Positions 27,690 through 37,422 of a DNA stretch of 64,000 bases are shown here, in pieces. Positions within the stretch are counted from its first letter, which is position 1; every line of letters begins with the position of its first letter. Position numbers and translations under genes: made by a program. The DNA is from a virus. Below the pieces are notes generated by a model. That model saw only the letters and a list, made by a program, of their open reading frames with translations. It was not told the DNA's origin and searched no databases. Where the stretch lies: the IMG/VR virus record IMGVR_UViG_3300021957_004671, positions 12,199 to 76,198 of that record; one strand, 5' to 3'.

Positions 27690-28075
27690 TGTTGGGTGGA
27701 GTATTAAGTAAAGTATTAGCTGGTGTAGTTTTAGTTATGGGAATCGGTATGATGTTTCTCTATAATAAAAACCAATCATTAATGGCTGAAAAGGTCGCAT
27801 TGGATGTTGCTTTTCAAGAGCAAGTACAGACTATTAATTCATTACAGCAAAACTTTCAGTTGCAAACTGCAGCCCTTACTGACATGCAAAAGAAAAATAA
27901 TGAAATTATGGGAGATATGAATCGTTATCTTGATATCTTTAAACGCCATAATCTAACCAAGCTCGCTGCTGCTAAGCCTGGTTTAATTGAACCAAGAATT
28001 AATGCAGCAACAAAGGAAGTGTTTGATGGTATTGAAGAAGACAGCCGTATTATTAGCAGCCTCGCTAGCAATTAG
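27689..28075 (+). CDS. Inner-membrane spanin (PseT.3/Rz-like)
   Basis: N-terminal TM, coiled coil, AAKPGLIEPRIN motif as in T4 PseT.3. Confidence 0.8.
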   Translation: MLGGVLSKVLAGVVLVMGIGMMFLYNKNQSLMAEKVALDVAFQEQVQTINSLQQNFQLQTAALTDMQKKNNEIMGDMNRYLDIFKRHNLTKLAAAKPGLIEPRINAATKEVFDGIEEDSRIISSLASN

Positions 28076-28424
28076 TGGTTGTTCAGTTTTTGGTCCAAAA
28101 AGGGTTGAGGTTATTACCAAGCCTGTTGAGATTGAGATTGTACAACCTACATTACCTAGAGCACTAGACTTGAAAGAACCATATTGGTATGTAGTAAGTG
28201 AAGCGAACCTCGAGGAATTCCTAGCTAAAGTACGTAAACAGTCAGGTGAAAATACAGCATTTGTTGCCATGACAGTTGCCGATTATGAGCTTATGGCTTA
28301 TAATGTACAAGAGATAAGAAGATACGTAAGAGAACTAGGTGAAGTAATTATCTATTATAGAAAAGTAACGACTAAGGATGATAGCGTTGGCAAAGAAGAA
28401 GCGGACACCGCAGGAAATAATTGA
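28026..28424 (+). CDS. Outer-membrane lipoprotein spanin (PseT.2/Rz1-like)
   Basis: Lipobox ISGC; AMTVADYE...EIRRYV...IIYYR; overlaps i-spanin. Confidence 0.8.
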   Translation: MVLKKTAVLLAASLAISGCSVFGPKRVEVITKPVEIEIVQPTLPRALDLKEPYWYVVSEANLEEFLAKVRKQSGENTAFVAMTVADYELMAYNVQEIRRYVRELGEVIIYYRKVTTKDDSVGKEEADTAGNN

Positions 28425-29163
28425 TTTAAATCTCTTCAATGAGATTAGTATTGCAGCATACTTATCTAAGATTGTATATGAAGATAGTGTAGCCAGGCTG
28501 CTACGTAGAGACGGATACATGGCAGTTAAATTCTGCGATGTAGATGGCGCTCAAGCGGTATGTTGTGTTAAAGATAATGTAGCATACGTAGCATTTAGAG
28601 GAACTCAGCCAGATAAGCGTAATGATATCGTTGCTGATCTGAAGTTCTGGAAACGAGATAGTAAATTAGGTGGATCAGTTCACTTAGGTTTTCAGACTGA
28701 AGTACTTAAGATTGAAGATGATGTTAGAGCTTGGGCTAAAAAGAATACTATTAAGAAGTATATTATTACAGGCCATTCACTAGGCGGAGCAATGAGCACC
28801 ATCTTTGCTTCTAGACAAAATCCCGAAAAAGTAAATAAAGTTATTACATTTGGTGCGCCAAGAGTAGGCGGTAATGATTTCCGTAAAGCTTTTAATCAAC
28901 AGTACGAACATATCAGACTAGTAAACAATAACGATATTGTACCTAGTGTTCCTCCTGCTCCTTTCTATAGACATACTGGTGTCAGTATTTACTATGATCA
29001 TAAGGACAACTGCTTTGTTAATCCTTCTAAATCTAAACTAGTTCAGTGCTGGTTATCAGGTTTTTGGAATGCAATGAAAAAAGGTAACTTTGCTGATATG
29101 CTTACAGATCACAATGTGCATAAATACATGTATCTTGTTGAAAACAGTTTAGATGACTTTTAA
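28378..29163 (+). CDS. Class 3 lipase
   Basis: VAFRGT, VHLGF, TGHSLGGA, TFGAPRVG, NDIVPSVP, DH. Confidence 0.92.
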   Translation: MIALAKKKRTPQEIIDLNLFNEISIAAYLSKIVYEDSVARLLRRDGYMAVKFCDVDGAQAVCCVKDNVAYVAFRGTQPDKRNDIVADLKFWKRDSKLGGSVHLGFQTEVLKIEDDVRAWAKKNTIKKYIITGHSLGGAMSTIFASRQNPEKVNKVITFGAPRVGGNDFRKAFNQQYEHIRLVNNNDIVPSVPPAPFYRHTGVSIYYDHKDNCFVNPSKSKLVQCWLSGFWNAMKKGNFADMLTDHNVHKYMYLVENSLDDF

Positions 29164-29165
29164 AA

Positions 29166-29318
29166 ATGACTGACATTGATGTACTTAAATTAGAAATTGC
29201 GACGTTAACAGAACAGCTATACAATGCTTATGGTAAGATAAAGAAATTACAGGAAGAAGTAAACTCGTATGGCGACTCAAAACGAAAAAATGCAGGAAAT
29301 GCAGACCAGGCTGACTGA
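29166..29318 (+). CDS. Small coiled-coil protein (50 aa)
   Basis: Read manually: MTDIDVLKLEIATLTEQLYNAYGKIKKLQ; late motif ATAAATA at 29120. Confidence 0.5.
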   Translation: MTDIDVLKLEIATLTEQLYNAYGKIKKLQEEVNSYGDSKRKNAGNADQAD

Positions 29319-29685
29319 GTTGTCAGGTGAAGTGCGTTTTAATGAAAATTTACTCTTAAGATCTGAGACAGTACTTCAGGAATTAGTAGAACTTAACGCC
29401 GAGTGCAAGGCTCGTAATGACGTTCAAGATGAGCGTATGTTAAGAATTCTAGAAGAGCTTAAACACAATCATAACGATATTGATGAGCTCAAAAAAAATC
29501 ATAACGTAAGTAATACAGAAATACTCAATAGAATGCAAGGAGCAGAGAAACTTCTACTTGCAAGATTGGATACAATTGAGGAAAGAGTAAACGCGCTTGA
29601 GAAATGGCGTTGGTTTGTTCTTGGTGTTGCAACGTTCGCAGTTTTAGTCATAGAAAATTTCAATATATCTGCACTCTTTAGTTGA
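29269..29685 (+). CDS. Coiled-coil protein with C-terminal TM (XhlA/holin-like architecture)
   Basis: ERVNALEKWRWFVLGVATFAVLVI. Confidence 0.65.
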   Translation: MATQNEKMQEMQTRLTELSGEVRFNENLLLRSETVLQELVELNAECKARNDVQDERMLRILEELKHNHNDIDELKKNHNVSNTEILNRMQGAEKLLLARLDTIEERVNALEKWRWFVLGVATFAVLVIENFNISALFS

Positions 29686-29710
29686 CTTATACCAAAATAT
29701 AGCCTATAAT
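29682..29710 (+). promoter_or_regulatory. Sigma70-type promoter for primase
   Basis: TTGACT-N17-TATAAT. Confidence 0.75.
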
Positions 29711-29737
29711 CATCATGTAGAATGAGGACTATATACT

Positions 29738-30772
29738 ATGAGTTGGCTTGATCAGAAGTACGTTGGATTGATGTCTAATCAATTTGACCTGTTTAAAAAG
29801 AAGGGTGATGCCCTTTATAATCTAAGATGCCCAGAATGCGGCGATTCCCAGAAGAACAAATATAAAGCGCGCGGTTACTTATACTCAAAAAGTAACAAGT
29901 GGTTCTATAAGTGTCATAACTGTGGCTACAGTGTCTCCCTTTCAAATTTCATGAAAAAGCATTCCCCTATACTGTATAAAGAGTATGCATTAGAACGCTT
30001 GTCTGAAGGGGTCTCCAAGGGTACGCTTATGGATTTCACTGATCCTGTAGAAGCTGATGAAGCTATCGATAAGCAAGAACCTGTACGAGGATTATGGCCT
30101 CTCAAGAAGATTAAGAAGATAAGTCAACTGCAGTGGGATCATTCTGCTAAGGTATATATTCAATCTAGAAAGATACCTAATCCTTATCATACTAATCTAT
30201 ACTATACTCCTAACTTTGCTGAATGGGTAAATACTATGTTACCTGATAAGCTTAATCCTAAGAATAAAGAGAAGCGTATTATTATTCCTCTCATTAGTAA
30301 AGATAATAACTTAGTAGGCTTTCAGGGTAGATTAGTTAGAGGTGACGGTCAGAGATATATTACTATCATACTGAATGAGAGAGCGCCTAGAGTATATGGA
30401 CTAGATAAGGCTAATCTAGGAAAGCATCTATATTGCTTCGAAGGACCTTTTGATAGTATGTTCATACCTAACTCTATAGCGGTATGTGGATCTGATATGG
30501 TACAGGGGTTGCAACGCGTAGATGTCGACAGATCTAAGGTTACTCTGGTTTTTGACAATGAAAGACGTAACCCTCAGATAATAAAAAAGATTGAAAATGC
30601 GATCGATAGCGGCTATAATATATGTCTATGGCCAGGAAATATCGAACAGAAGGACGTTAACGAAATGGTATTGTCAGGGAAGTCTCTGGCCGATATTAAA
30701 TTAATCATAGACAGTAATACATATAATGGGCTCTCTGCTAAGATGGCTCTATCAACTTTTAAGAGGATATAA
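29738..30772 (+). CDS. gp61: DNA primase
   Basis: RCPECGDS, KARGY, CHNC, FQGR, EGPFDS, FDNE, KDVNEM. Confidence 0.96.
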   Translation: MSWLDQKYVGLMSNQFDLFKKKGDALYNLRCPECGDSQKNKYKARGYLYSKSNKWFYKCHNCGYSVSLSNFMKKHSPILYKEYALERLSEGVSKGTLMDFTDPVEADEAIDKQEPVRGLWPLKKIKKISQLQWDHSAKVYIQSRKIPNPYHTNLYYTPNFAEWVNTMLPDKLNPKNKEKRIIIPLISKDNNLVGFQGRLVRGDGQRYITIILNERAPRVYGLDKANLGKHLYCFEGPFDSMFIPNSIAVCGSDMVQGLQRVDVDRSKVTLVFDNERRNPQIIKKIENAIDSGYNICLWPGNIEQKDVNEMVLSGKSLADIKLIIDSNTYNGLSAKMALSTFKRI

Positions 30773-31425
30773 TGACAGCTAAGCTAATAAGCTACTCACA
30801 GAATGAAAATGGTGACTCACTACTTGATCAGATTGCATATGCAGCAAGAGTGTCTAACCCAAATAACCAGAACAATAAGGATACCGCTGAGAAGCTAGTT
30901 CGCTATCTTATTAAGGAAGGCCATTGGTCACCTCTAGAGATGGTAAGTGCTACTTTGGAGATTGAAACTACTAGAGATATTGCACGTCAGATTCTACGTC
31001 ATAGATCATTCTCGTTTCAAGAGTTTAGTCAACGATATGCTGATCCGACTAAGGACTTGGACTTTGTATATCGCGAAGCAAGATTGCAGGATCCTAAGAA
31101 CAGACAGAACTCAGTAGAAGTAGATGATATTGATTTGCAACGAGACTGGGATAGAGCTCAAAGACGCATTGCTCATCTATCTAAAAAAGAGTATGTTTGG
31201 GCTATTAAAAATGGTATTGCTAAAGAACAAGCACGTGCAGTATTGCCAGAAGGTATTATGAGCTCACGTGTCTATATGAACGGAACACTGCGTTCTTGGG
31301 TCCACTATATATCTTTACGGTCTGGAAATGGAACCCAGAAAGAGCATATGGATGTAGCAAGAGAATGTGCTAATGCTCTAAGTCCAGTGTTCCCTATGAT
31401 AAACGAATTTTTGGAAGATGTATAA
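30772..31425 (+). CDS. thyX: Flavin-dependent thymidylate synthase
   Basis: GHWSPLE, RQILRHRSFSFQEFSQRY, EQARAVLP. Confidence 0.96.
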   Translation: MTAKLISYSQNENGDSLLDQIAYAARVSNPNNQNNKDTAEKLVRYLIKEGHWSPLEMVSATLEIETTRDIARQILRHRSFSFQEFSQRYADPTKDLDFVYREARLQDPKNRQNSVEVDDIDLQRDWDRAQRRIAHLSKKEYVWAIKNGIAKEQARAVLPEGIMSSRVYMNGTLRSWVHYISLRSGNGTQKEHMDVARECANALSPVFPMINEFLEDV

Positions 31426-31863
31426 ATGGCTTATGAATATAATTGTCGCGTTAGGCGCGTGGTCGACGGCGATACTGTGGACGTTGACATTGATCTTGGT
31501 TTCGATATTATACTTTCTAATCAGCGTATTCGCTTATATGGTATTGACACCCCTGAGTCACGCACGAGGGATAAGACAGAAAAGATATATGGTAAGCTTG
31601 CGACGAAGTATGTCGAAAATTACCTGGTCAAAGGCAAAAAGGCAGTTCTTAAAACGAGATTAGATAAGACTGGTAAGTTCGGAAGAATACTTGGCGAGTT
31701 CATTGTATACGATAAGTCAGAAGACAGATATCAAAGCATGAATGAGATGATGATTAGAGACCATATGGCTGTTAGGTACCACGGCCAATCAAAAGAAGCG
31801 GTACAATTAGAGCATATTGAGAATAGAATTTTATTAGGATCCCCACATGAAACAGACGGTTGA
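31426..31863 (+). CDS. Thermonuclease (SNase-like)
   Basis: VVDGDTVD, RIRLYGIDTPES, GKFGRIL. Confidence 0.9.
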   Translation: MAYEYNCRVRRVVDGDTVDVDIDLGFDIILSNQRIRLYGIDTPESRTRDKTEKIYGKLATKYVENYLVKGKKAVLKTRLDKTGKFGRILGEFIVYDKSEDRYQSMNEMMIRDHMAVRYHGQSKEAVQLEHIENRILLGSPHETDG

Positions 31864-31996
31864 ACAACGTGACGAAATTATTGCAAGAGCAGTAGAGCAA
31901 GCAAGACAGAATGTACTTAAATTAAACGCAGGACCAATGAAGCATACCCTAGCTAAAAGAGCACGGCTGGAGAAGAAACTTTCTAAGAGAAGATAG
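31847..31996 (+). CDS. Small basic hypothetical protein (49 aa)
   Basis: Read manually: MKQTVEQRDEIIARA...; fills gap before nrdA. Confidence 0.5.
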   Translation: MKQTVEQRDEIIARAVEQARQNVLKLNAGPMKHTLAKRARLEKKLSKRR

Positions 31997-31999
31997 ATT

Positions 32000-34288
32000 A
32001 TGGATTATACAATAACAGTAGGTAAGCGGGACGGCTCGAAAGAAAGTCTCGATCTAGAAAAATTTCATAAAGTAGTACAGTTTGCTTGTGAAGGTATTGC
32101 AGGGGTCTCTGAGTCAGAGATCGAGCTTAAATCGCATATTAATTTCTACGATAAGATCACATCTAAAGAGATTCAAGAAACTCTGATTAAAGCTGCTGCT
32201 GATCTTATCTCTGAAGAAACACCTAACTATCAGATTGTTGCTGGTAGGTTGATCTCTTATGATCTTCGTAAAGAGGTGTTCGGTGATTACGAACCTAAAG
32301 AGCTTATTGAGCATGTTAAGGATGTAGTTGCTGCTGGCTTCTATGATGAGAAGTTACTTGATTGGTATGATAGTCTAGAGTATGCGCAGATGAATAGCTG
32401 GATTAATCACTCACGTGATGATAATCTAACTTATGCTGCAATGGAGCAGATGCGCGGTAAGTATCTAGTTAAGAATAGAGCAACAGGTAAATTTTATGAG
32501 ACGCCTCAGATTGCTATGATGCTAATTAGTGCGACTCTATTCCATAAGTACGGTGAAGATAGAATGACTTATGTGAAAGACTTCTATGATGCATTGTCTC
32601 TATTTGATGTATCTTTACCTACACCTGTTATGGCCGGAGTAAGAACTTCGGTACGTCAGTTTAGTTCTTGTGTGCTTATTGAGACTGACGATTCATTAGA
32701 TTCTATTTCAGCTACAGCGAGTTCAATTGTTAAATATGTTTCAAAAAGAGCAGGTATTGGTATTGGTGCAGGAAGAATCAGAGCGCTTGGAAGCTCTATC
32801 AACGGTGGTCATGCTACTCATACTGGTGCTATCCCGTTCTATAAGCATTTCCAGTCTGCTGTCAGATCTTGTAGTCAAGGCGGTGTCCGTGGTGGCGCTG
32901 CTACTTTGTATTATCCTATTTGGCATTATGAAGTTGAGGATCTTCTTGTACTTAAAAATAATAAAGGCACTTCAGATAATCGAATCAGACACCTAGATTA
33001 TGGTGTACAATTTAATAAAGTATTTTATGAGAGGTTACTAAGCAATGATGATATTACACTCTTCTCACCCTCAGATGTACCAGAGTTATGGGACCCGTTC
33101 TTTAGTGACTCCGATAAGTTCCGCGAGCTCTATGAAGCAGCAGAACGAAAGACATCAATCAGAAAGAAGAAAATATCAGCAATCGATCTATTCTCAGCGT
33201 TCATGCAAGAGAGAAAAGATACTGGACGTATATATCTGATGAATGTAGACCATGCTAATGATCATGGTGCATTTATTAAAGAAGTAGCTCCTATTAGACA
33301 ATCTAATCTATGCTGTGAAATTAACTTACCTACTAAACCGTTATCTAATATTGACGATGAAGAAGGTGAGATTAGTCTTTGTACTCTAGCAGCTATTAAC
33401 TGGGGTAATATTAAGAAGCCAGAAGACTTTGCTAAACCAGCTAACTTGCTAGTAAGAGCCTTAGATGAGCTTCTAGATTATCAAGAGTACCCTGTAATTG
33501 CAGCTGAGCTTTCTACTAAGAATAGACGACCATTAGGTATTGGTATTATTAACTTTGCATATTGGATGGCAAAAAATAATATGACTTATTCTGAACCTAA
33601 TCTAGAATTGATTGACGAGTATGCTGAAGCATGGTCTTATCACTTAATTAATACTTCTATTGAGCTAGCTGAGACTAAAGGTCCATGCCCTAAAGCACCT
33701 GAGACTCATTACTTCCATGGACGTATGCCTATTGATACATACAAGAAAGAAGTAGATGAACTAGTACCTAATAACCCTAAGATGAATTGGGACAGTCTAA
33801 GATATAGAGCCAGAGCAAGCGGTATTCGTAACTCTACTCTAATGGCATTAATGCCTTCTGAGACTTCATCGCAGATTAGTAATGCTACTAATGGTATTGA
33901 GCCTCCTAGAGCATTAGTATCAGTTAAGCAATCTAAAGACGGTGTACTAAAGCAGGTTGTACCTCAGTTCCATCACTTAAAGAATAAATATGAACTGCTA
34001 TGGGATCAGCAATCACCTGAAGGTTATCTTAAAATTGTTGCAGTACTTCAGAAGTATATTGATCAAGGTATCTCAGTCAATACTTCATATAATCCAGTAT
34101 TTTATGAAGACGAGAAGATCCCTATGTCTATTATGCTGCAGCACTTGCTTATGTTCTATAAGTATGGCGGTAAGCAACTCTACTATTTCAATACATATGA
34201 TGGTGCTTCAGATGAGCAAGGTGAAGATACTCCTCTAGAAGAGAGTGAAATGGTGGATGGTGAAGAATGTGACGCCTGTACAATATAG
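32000..34288 (+). CDS. nrdA: Class Ia ribonucleotide reductase alpha subunit
   Basis: ATP cone, FSSCVLI, QGGVRGG, SNLCCEI, MPSETSS, C-terminal CDAC. Confidence 0.98.
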   Translation: MDYTITVGKRDGSKESLDLEKFHKVVQFACEGIAGVSESEIELKSHINFYDKITSKEIQETLIKAAADLISEETPNYQIVAGRLISYDLRKEVFGDYEPKELIEHVKDVVAAGFYDEKLLDWYDSLEYAQMNSWINHSRDDNLTYAAMEQMRGKYLVKNRATGKFYETPQIAMMLISATLFHKYGEDRMTYVKDFYDALSLFDVSLPTPVMAGVRTSVRQFSSCVLIETDDSLDSISATASSIVKYVSKRAGIGIGAGRIRALGSSINGGHATHTGAIPFYKHFQSAVRSCSQGGVRGGAATLYYPIWHYEVEDLLVLKNNKGTSDNRIRHLDYGVQFNKVFYERLLSNDDITLFSPSDVPELWDPFFSDSDKFRELYEAAERKTSIRKKKISAIDLFSAFMQERKDTGRIYLMNVDHANDHGAFIKEVAPIRQSNLCCEINLPTKPLSNIDDEEGEISLCTLAAINWGNIKKPEDFAKPANLLVRALDELLDYQEYPVIAAELSTKNRRPLGIGIINFAYWMAKNNMTYSEPNLELIDEYAEAWSYHLINTSIELAETKGPCPKAPETHYFHGRMPIDTYKKEVDELVPNNPKMNWDSLRYRARASGIRNSTLMALMPSETSSQISNATNGIEPPRALVSVKQSKDGVLKQVVPQFHHLKNKYELLWDQQSPEGYLKIVAVLQKYIDQGISVNTSYNPVFYEDEKIPMSIMLQHLLMFYKYGGKQLYYFNTYDGASDEQGEDTPLEESEMVDGEECDACTI

Positions 34289-34292
34289 TCAT

Positions 34293-35093
34293 ATGATACC
34301 AATAGAATATACTGAACTTAGATGTGCATTTGACCCAGAAAAGCTAGAAGCATATGAAAGCTTCTGTAAAGATTACGTTAAAGATAAAGTAGTCTGCGAC
34401 CTCGGTGCTGGATGTGGTATACTAAGCCATATTGCACTTCATTATGGCGCATCTAAAGTTATATGTATGGATCAGAATGATAAAGCTTTAGAGATAGCAA
34501 AGAGATTATTGAACACTGATAAAGCCGAATATATTACATGTGATCTAACTAATGTAACCTTCCCAGAAGCTGATATCTATATTCATGAGATATTCGGTAC
34601 TGTTTTATATGAAGAAAAGATTACTAGCATCTTTAGTAACTTAAAGAAACAAGGCCTTGAGAATAAATGCTTTCCTAATAAAGGTGAGTTCTTCTCGTTT
34701 GAGTGTGATAAGTTAACTGAAGAAGATTATGAATATAATATTGAGGATTTTCCTGAAGCAACTAAAGAGTATCACGCTCTTCTCAATGAAGAGGAAATAA
34801 AATTAGGGTCGAGAATAATGTCATCTCGCTTCTATAATTATAAAGAAAAAAAGTTGCTAAAAAGCTTTGATTTAAGTGTTGACTCTGGGACGAGGTACAT
34901 ATATAATATGTTAGAATTGGTCCCCAGGTTCGGTTGGCGGGCTTACTTCCCAAACGGAGCTAGTTTTTCAAATACCCCGCGCATCGGGAACAATTGGTAT
35001 GTACTTGATGGAAGCCGTAATGGCCGATACGTCAAGCGCATGCAGTTAACATATAAACCAGAAGCAATAACAAATCCATATGAGGTCGATTAA
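34293..35093 (+). CDS. Class I SAM methyltransferase, PRMT-like
   Basis: VVCDLGAGCGILS, ASKVICMD, DIYIHEIFGTVLYEE (double-E loop pattern). Confidence 0.8.
   Translation: MIPIEYTELRCAFDPEKLEAYESFCKDYVKDKVVCDLGAGCGILSHIALHYGASKVICMDQNDKALEIAKRLLNTDKAEYITCDLTNVTFPEADIYIHEIFGTVLYEEKITSIFSNLKKQGLENKCFPNKGEFFSFECDKLTEEDYEYNIEDFPEATKEYHALLNEEEIKLGSRIMSSRFYNYKEKKLLKSFDLSVDSGTRYIYNMLELVPRFGWRAYFPNGASFSNTPRIGNNWYVLDGSRNGRYVKRMQLTYKPEAITNPYEVD
34879..34907 (+). promoter_or_regulatory. Internal sigma70-type promoter upstream of nrdB
   Basis: TTGACT-N17-TATAAT inside the methyltransferase gene. Confidence 0.6.
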
Positions 35094-36169
35094 TGTCAGT
35101 ATTTACAGTAAGCAAGAAACCATCTAAATCGCGTAACATGTTCTTCGACGATCCGGTCGATATTGCGCGTTATGATGATGTTCGTTATCAACAGTTTGAA
35201 AAGCTTACTGACAAGCAATTAGGATTTTTCTGGAGACCTGAAGAAGTAGATATTCTTAGAGATTCAAAAGACTTTAAGAACATGAGTGAAGCAGAGCAGC
35301 ATATCTTTACTTCCAATCTTAAGCGTCAGATTTTATTAGATTCTGTACAAGGACGAGCTCCTAACTTAGCGCTTCTTCCTATTGTGTCTCTTCCAGAACT
35401 TGAGACATGGATTGAAACCTGGGCATTCTCAGAAACTATTCACTCTCGTTCATACACGCATATTATTAGAAATATCTATGCTGATCCTTCTATTGTATTT
35501 GATAAGATTACCTCTAATAAAGAGATTACAGATTGCGCTGAGAGTATTAGTAAGTACTATGATAACCTTATTGCTCGTAATAGAATCTCACCTGGTTTTG
35601 GTTCCTATGAGCATAAGAAGGCTTTATGGTTATGTATTAATGCCGTTAATGCACTAGAGGGTATTCGTTTCTATGTATCCTTTGCATGCTCATGGGCATT
35701 TGCTGAGCTTAAAAAGATGGAAGGCAATGCTAAGATTATTAAGCTTATTGCCAGAGATGAAAATGTACATCTCGCATCTACTACTCATATCCTTAGACTG
35801 CTTCCTAAAGAAGATAAAGACTTTGTTAAAATTAAAAAAGAGTGTGCTGACGAGGTATTAGAGATTATGAAAGAAGTAGTAGCTCAAGAAAAGTCCTGGG
35901 CTGATTACTTGTTTAGAGATGGCTCTATGATTGGTTTAAATGCTAGTGTACTTAAAACATATATTGAATGGATTGCTGCTAAGAGATGTACTGCAGTTGG
36001 TATCAAGCATAGTTTTGCTGGAGGGTCTAATCCTCTACCATGGACTCAAAAATGGATCGGTGGAGGCGAAGTACAAGTCGCTCCTCAGGAGACAGAAATT
36101 TCGTCTTATATTGTAGGCGGTGTTAAAAAGGATGTGAGTTCAGATACATTTAAAGGATTCAGTTTATAA
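35093..36169 (+). CDS. nrdB: Class Ia ribonucleotide reductase beta subunit
   Basis: FFWRPEEV, LDSVQGR, ETIHSRSY, LEGIRFYVSFA, RDENVH, VAPQETE. Confidence 0.98.
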   Translation: MSVFTVSKKPSKSRNMFFDDPVDIARYDDVRYQQFEKLTDKQLGFFWRPEEVDILRDSKDFKNMSEAEQHIFTSNLKRQILLDSVQGRAPNLALLPIVSLPELETWIETWAFSETIHSRSYTHIIRNIYADPSIVFDKITSNKEITDCAESISKYYDNLIARNRISPGFGSYEHKKALWLCINAVNALEGIRFYVSFACSWAFAELKKMEGNAKIIKLIARDENVHLASTTHILRLLPKEDKDFVKIKKECADEVLEIMKEVVAQEKSWADYLFRDGSMIGLNASVLKTYIEWIAAKRCTAVGIKHSFAGGSNPLPWTQKWIGGGEVQVAPQETEISSYIVGGVKKDVSSDTFKGFSL

Positions 36170-36336
36170 TGGCTGTGACAATAAGAGTAAACTGCCTAGA
36201 ATGTGATTGTACTTGCCTAGTAGATATTGAGACAACATGGGACATTAGATATTGCCCATCATGTGGAAGTGAAGTAGAAATAGACGAAGATGACGTTATA
36301 CATGAAGATGTGAACTTCGATGATTGGGATGATTAA
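36169..36336 (+). CDS. Small zinc-ribbon protein (55 aa)
   Basis: Read manually: CLEC...CPSCG plus acidic tail; TAATG coupling at both ends. Confidence 0.7.
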   Translation: MAVTIRVNCLECDCTCLVDIETTWDIRYCPSCGSEVEIDEDDVIHEDVNFDDWDD

Positions 36337-36758
36337 TGGTTTGGTTATATGAGGGTAAAGAATTTACTTCAGAAGATATCGGAGATTATCAAGGGTTCGT
36401 TTACTTAATTACTAATCAAGAAAATGGAAGAAAATATATTGGAAAAAAGTTCTTCAAGAAGCCTAAAGTATTACCAAAGACCAAGAAAAGAAAACGCCGT
36501 GTCAGAACAACAGTTGAGTCAGACTGGAAAACATACTACGGATCATCTGAGCATCTTCTCAGAGATATCGAACAGTGGGATGATGACCAAAGAGGAGTGG
36601 GACTTAAACGTGAGATTACACGCTTGTGTAAAACCAAAGGTGAATGTTCCTACTACGAAATCAAAGAGCAATTAGCTGTTGATGCTTTATTAGATGAGAG
36701 TTACTATAACTCATTTGTAGGTTGTAAGATACATAGAAAACATATAATAAATGAATAA
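36336..36758 (+). CDS. GIY-YIG endonuclease
   Basis: GFVYLITN...KYIGKK, ESDWKTYYGSS, YYN. Confidence 0.88.
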   Translation: MVWLYEGKEFTSEDIGDYQGFVYLITNQENGRKYIGKKFFKKPKVLPKTKKRKRRVRTTVESDWKTYYGSSEHLLRDIEQWDDDQRGVGLKREITRLCKTKGECSYYEIKEQLAVDALLDESYYNSFVGCKIHRKHIINE

Positions 36759-37422
36759 CTATGCAATTAAATATAGACCAGGAGCAGGAGGCGAGTTCCT
36801 AGTATGTATGATTGAGGGGCTAGATAAAGATATTATCGTAGAGCCAGATGAGAATAATAGATACGTGGGTGCACATGTTGAGTCTTGGCATCAAAGCTTA
36901 GGTAATTATTTTAATAATTCAGGTCTTACTTATAATAATACTCCTAGATTTAGTAATCATGAGGTACCTGATAAGCACTGTATGACATTTCATCTATGGA
37001 ACTTAGATTATATTATTCAGCTATGTAAATTAAAGACAAAAGTCCTAGTTATAGAGGACTCAACCATACACTCTGATATATTGGCATTCCACAAGATACC
37101 TACATATAAAGGTAAATCAGCTGAAGATCATGTTAAGGTGCAAATGCCTCGTTATAAAGAATGGTCTCAAGTCTATAGTGATAATGAGACTGTTATGAAC
37201 TATGCTAAGAAGCTACTTGATATACGAACAGTTGAGCATGATGAGTTTTATGAATATTCTTTTGAGCAATTAGAAGAAATACTTGCATGGCTCGCTGGAG
37301 TAAAATTAACAAAAGAATGGTATGAGATATTTAAAACGAATACTATTACCAATAAAGGTATTATAAATATACACAAAGATGACTTTATAAGGAACCTGGA
37401 GACGGAAAATGACACCAACTGA
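36751..37422 (+). CDS. Hypothetical protein, sulfotransferase/P-loop-like
   Basis: YRPGAGGEFL at N-terminus. Confidence 0.5.
   Translation: MNNYAIKYRPGAGGEFLVCMIEGLDKDIIVEPDENNRYVGAHVESWHQSLGNYFNNSGLTYNNTPRFSNHEVPDKHCMTFHLWNLDYIIQLCKLKTKVLVIEDSTIHSDILAFHKIPTYKGKSAEDHVKVQMPRYKEWSQVYSDNETVMNYAKKLLDIRTVEHDEFYEYSFEQLEEILAWLAGVKLTKEWYEIFKTNTITNKGIINIHKDDFIRNLETENDTN
37362..37369 (+). promoter_or_regulatory. T4-type late promoter
   Basis: TATAAATA 39 nt upstream of ATG 37409. Confidence 0.7.

Noticed and set aside
34908-35000. Riboswitch in the GC-richer stretch upstream of nrdB
   Set aside because: No recognisable aptamer consensus, and the region is protein coding
5694-36169. Introns/inteins in gp43, gp41, thyX, nrdA, nrdB
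   Set aside because: All are uninterrupted and of normal length
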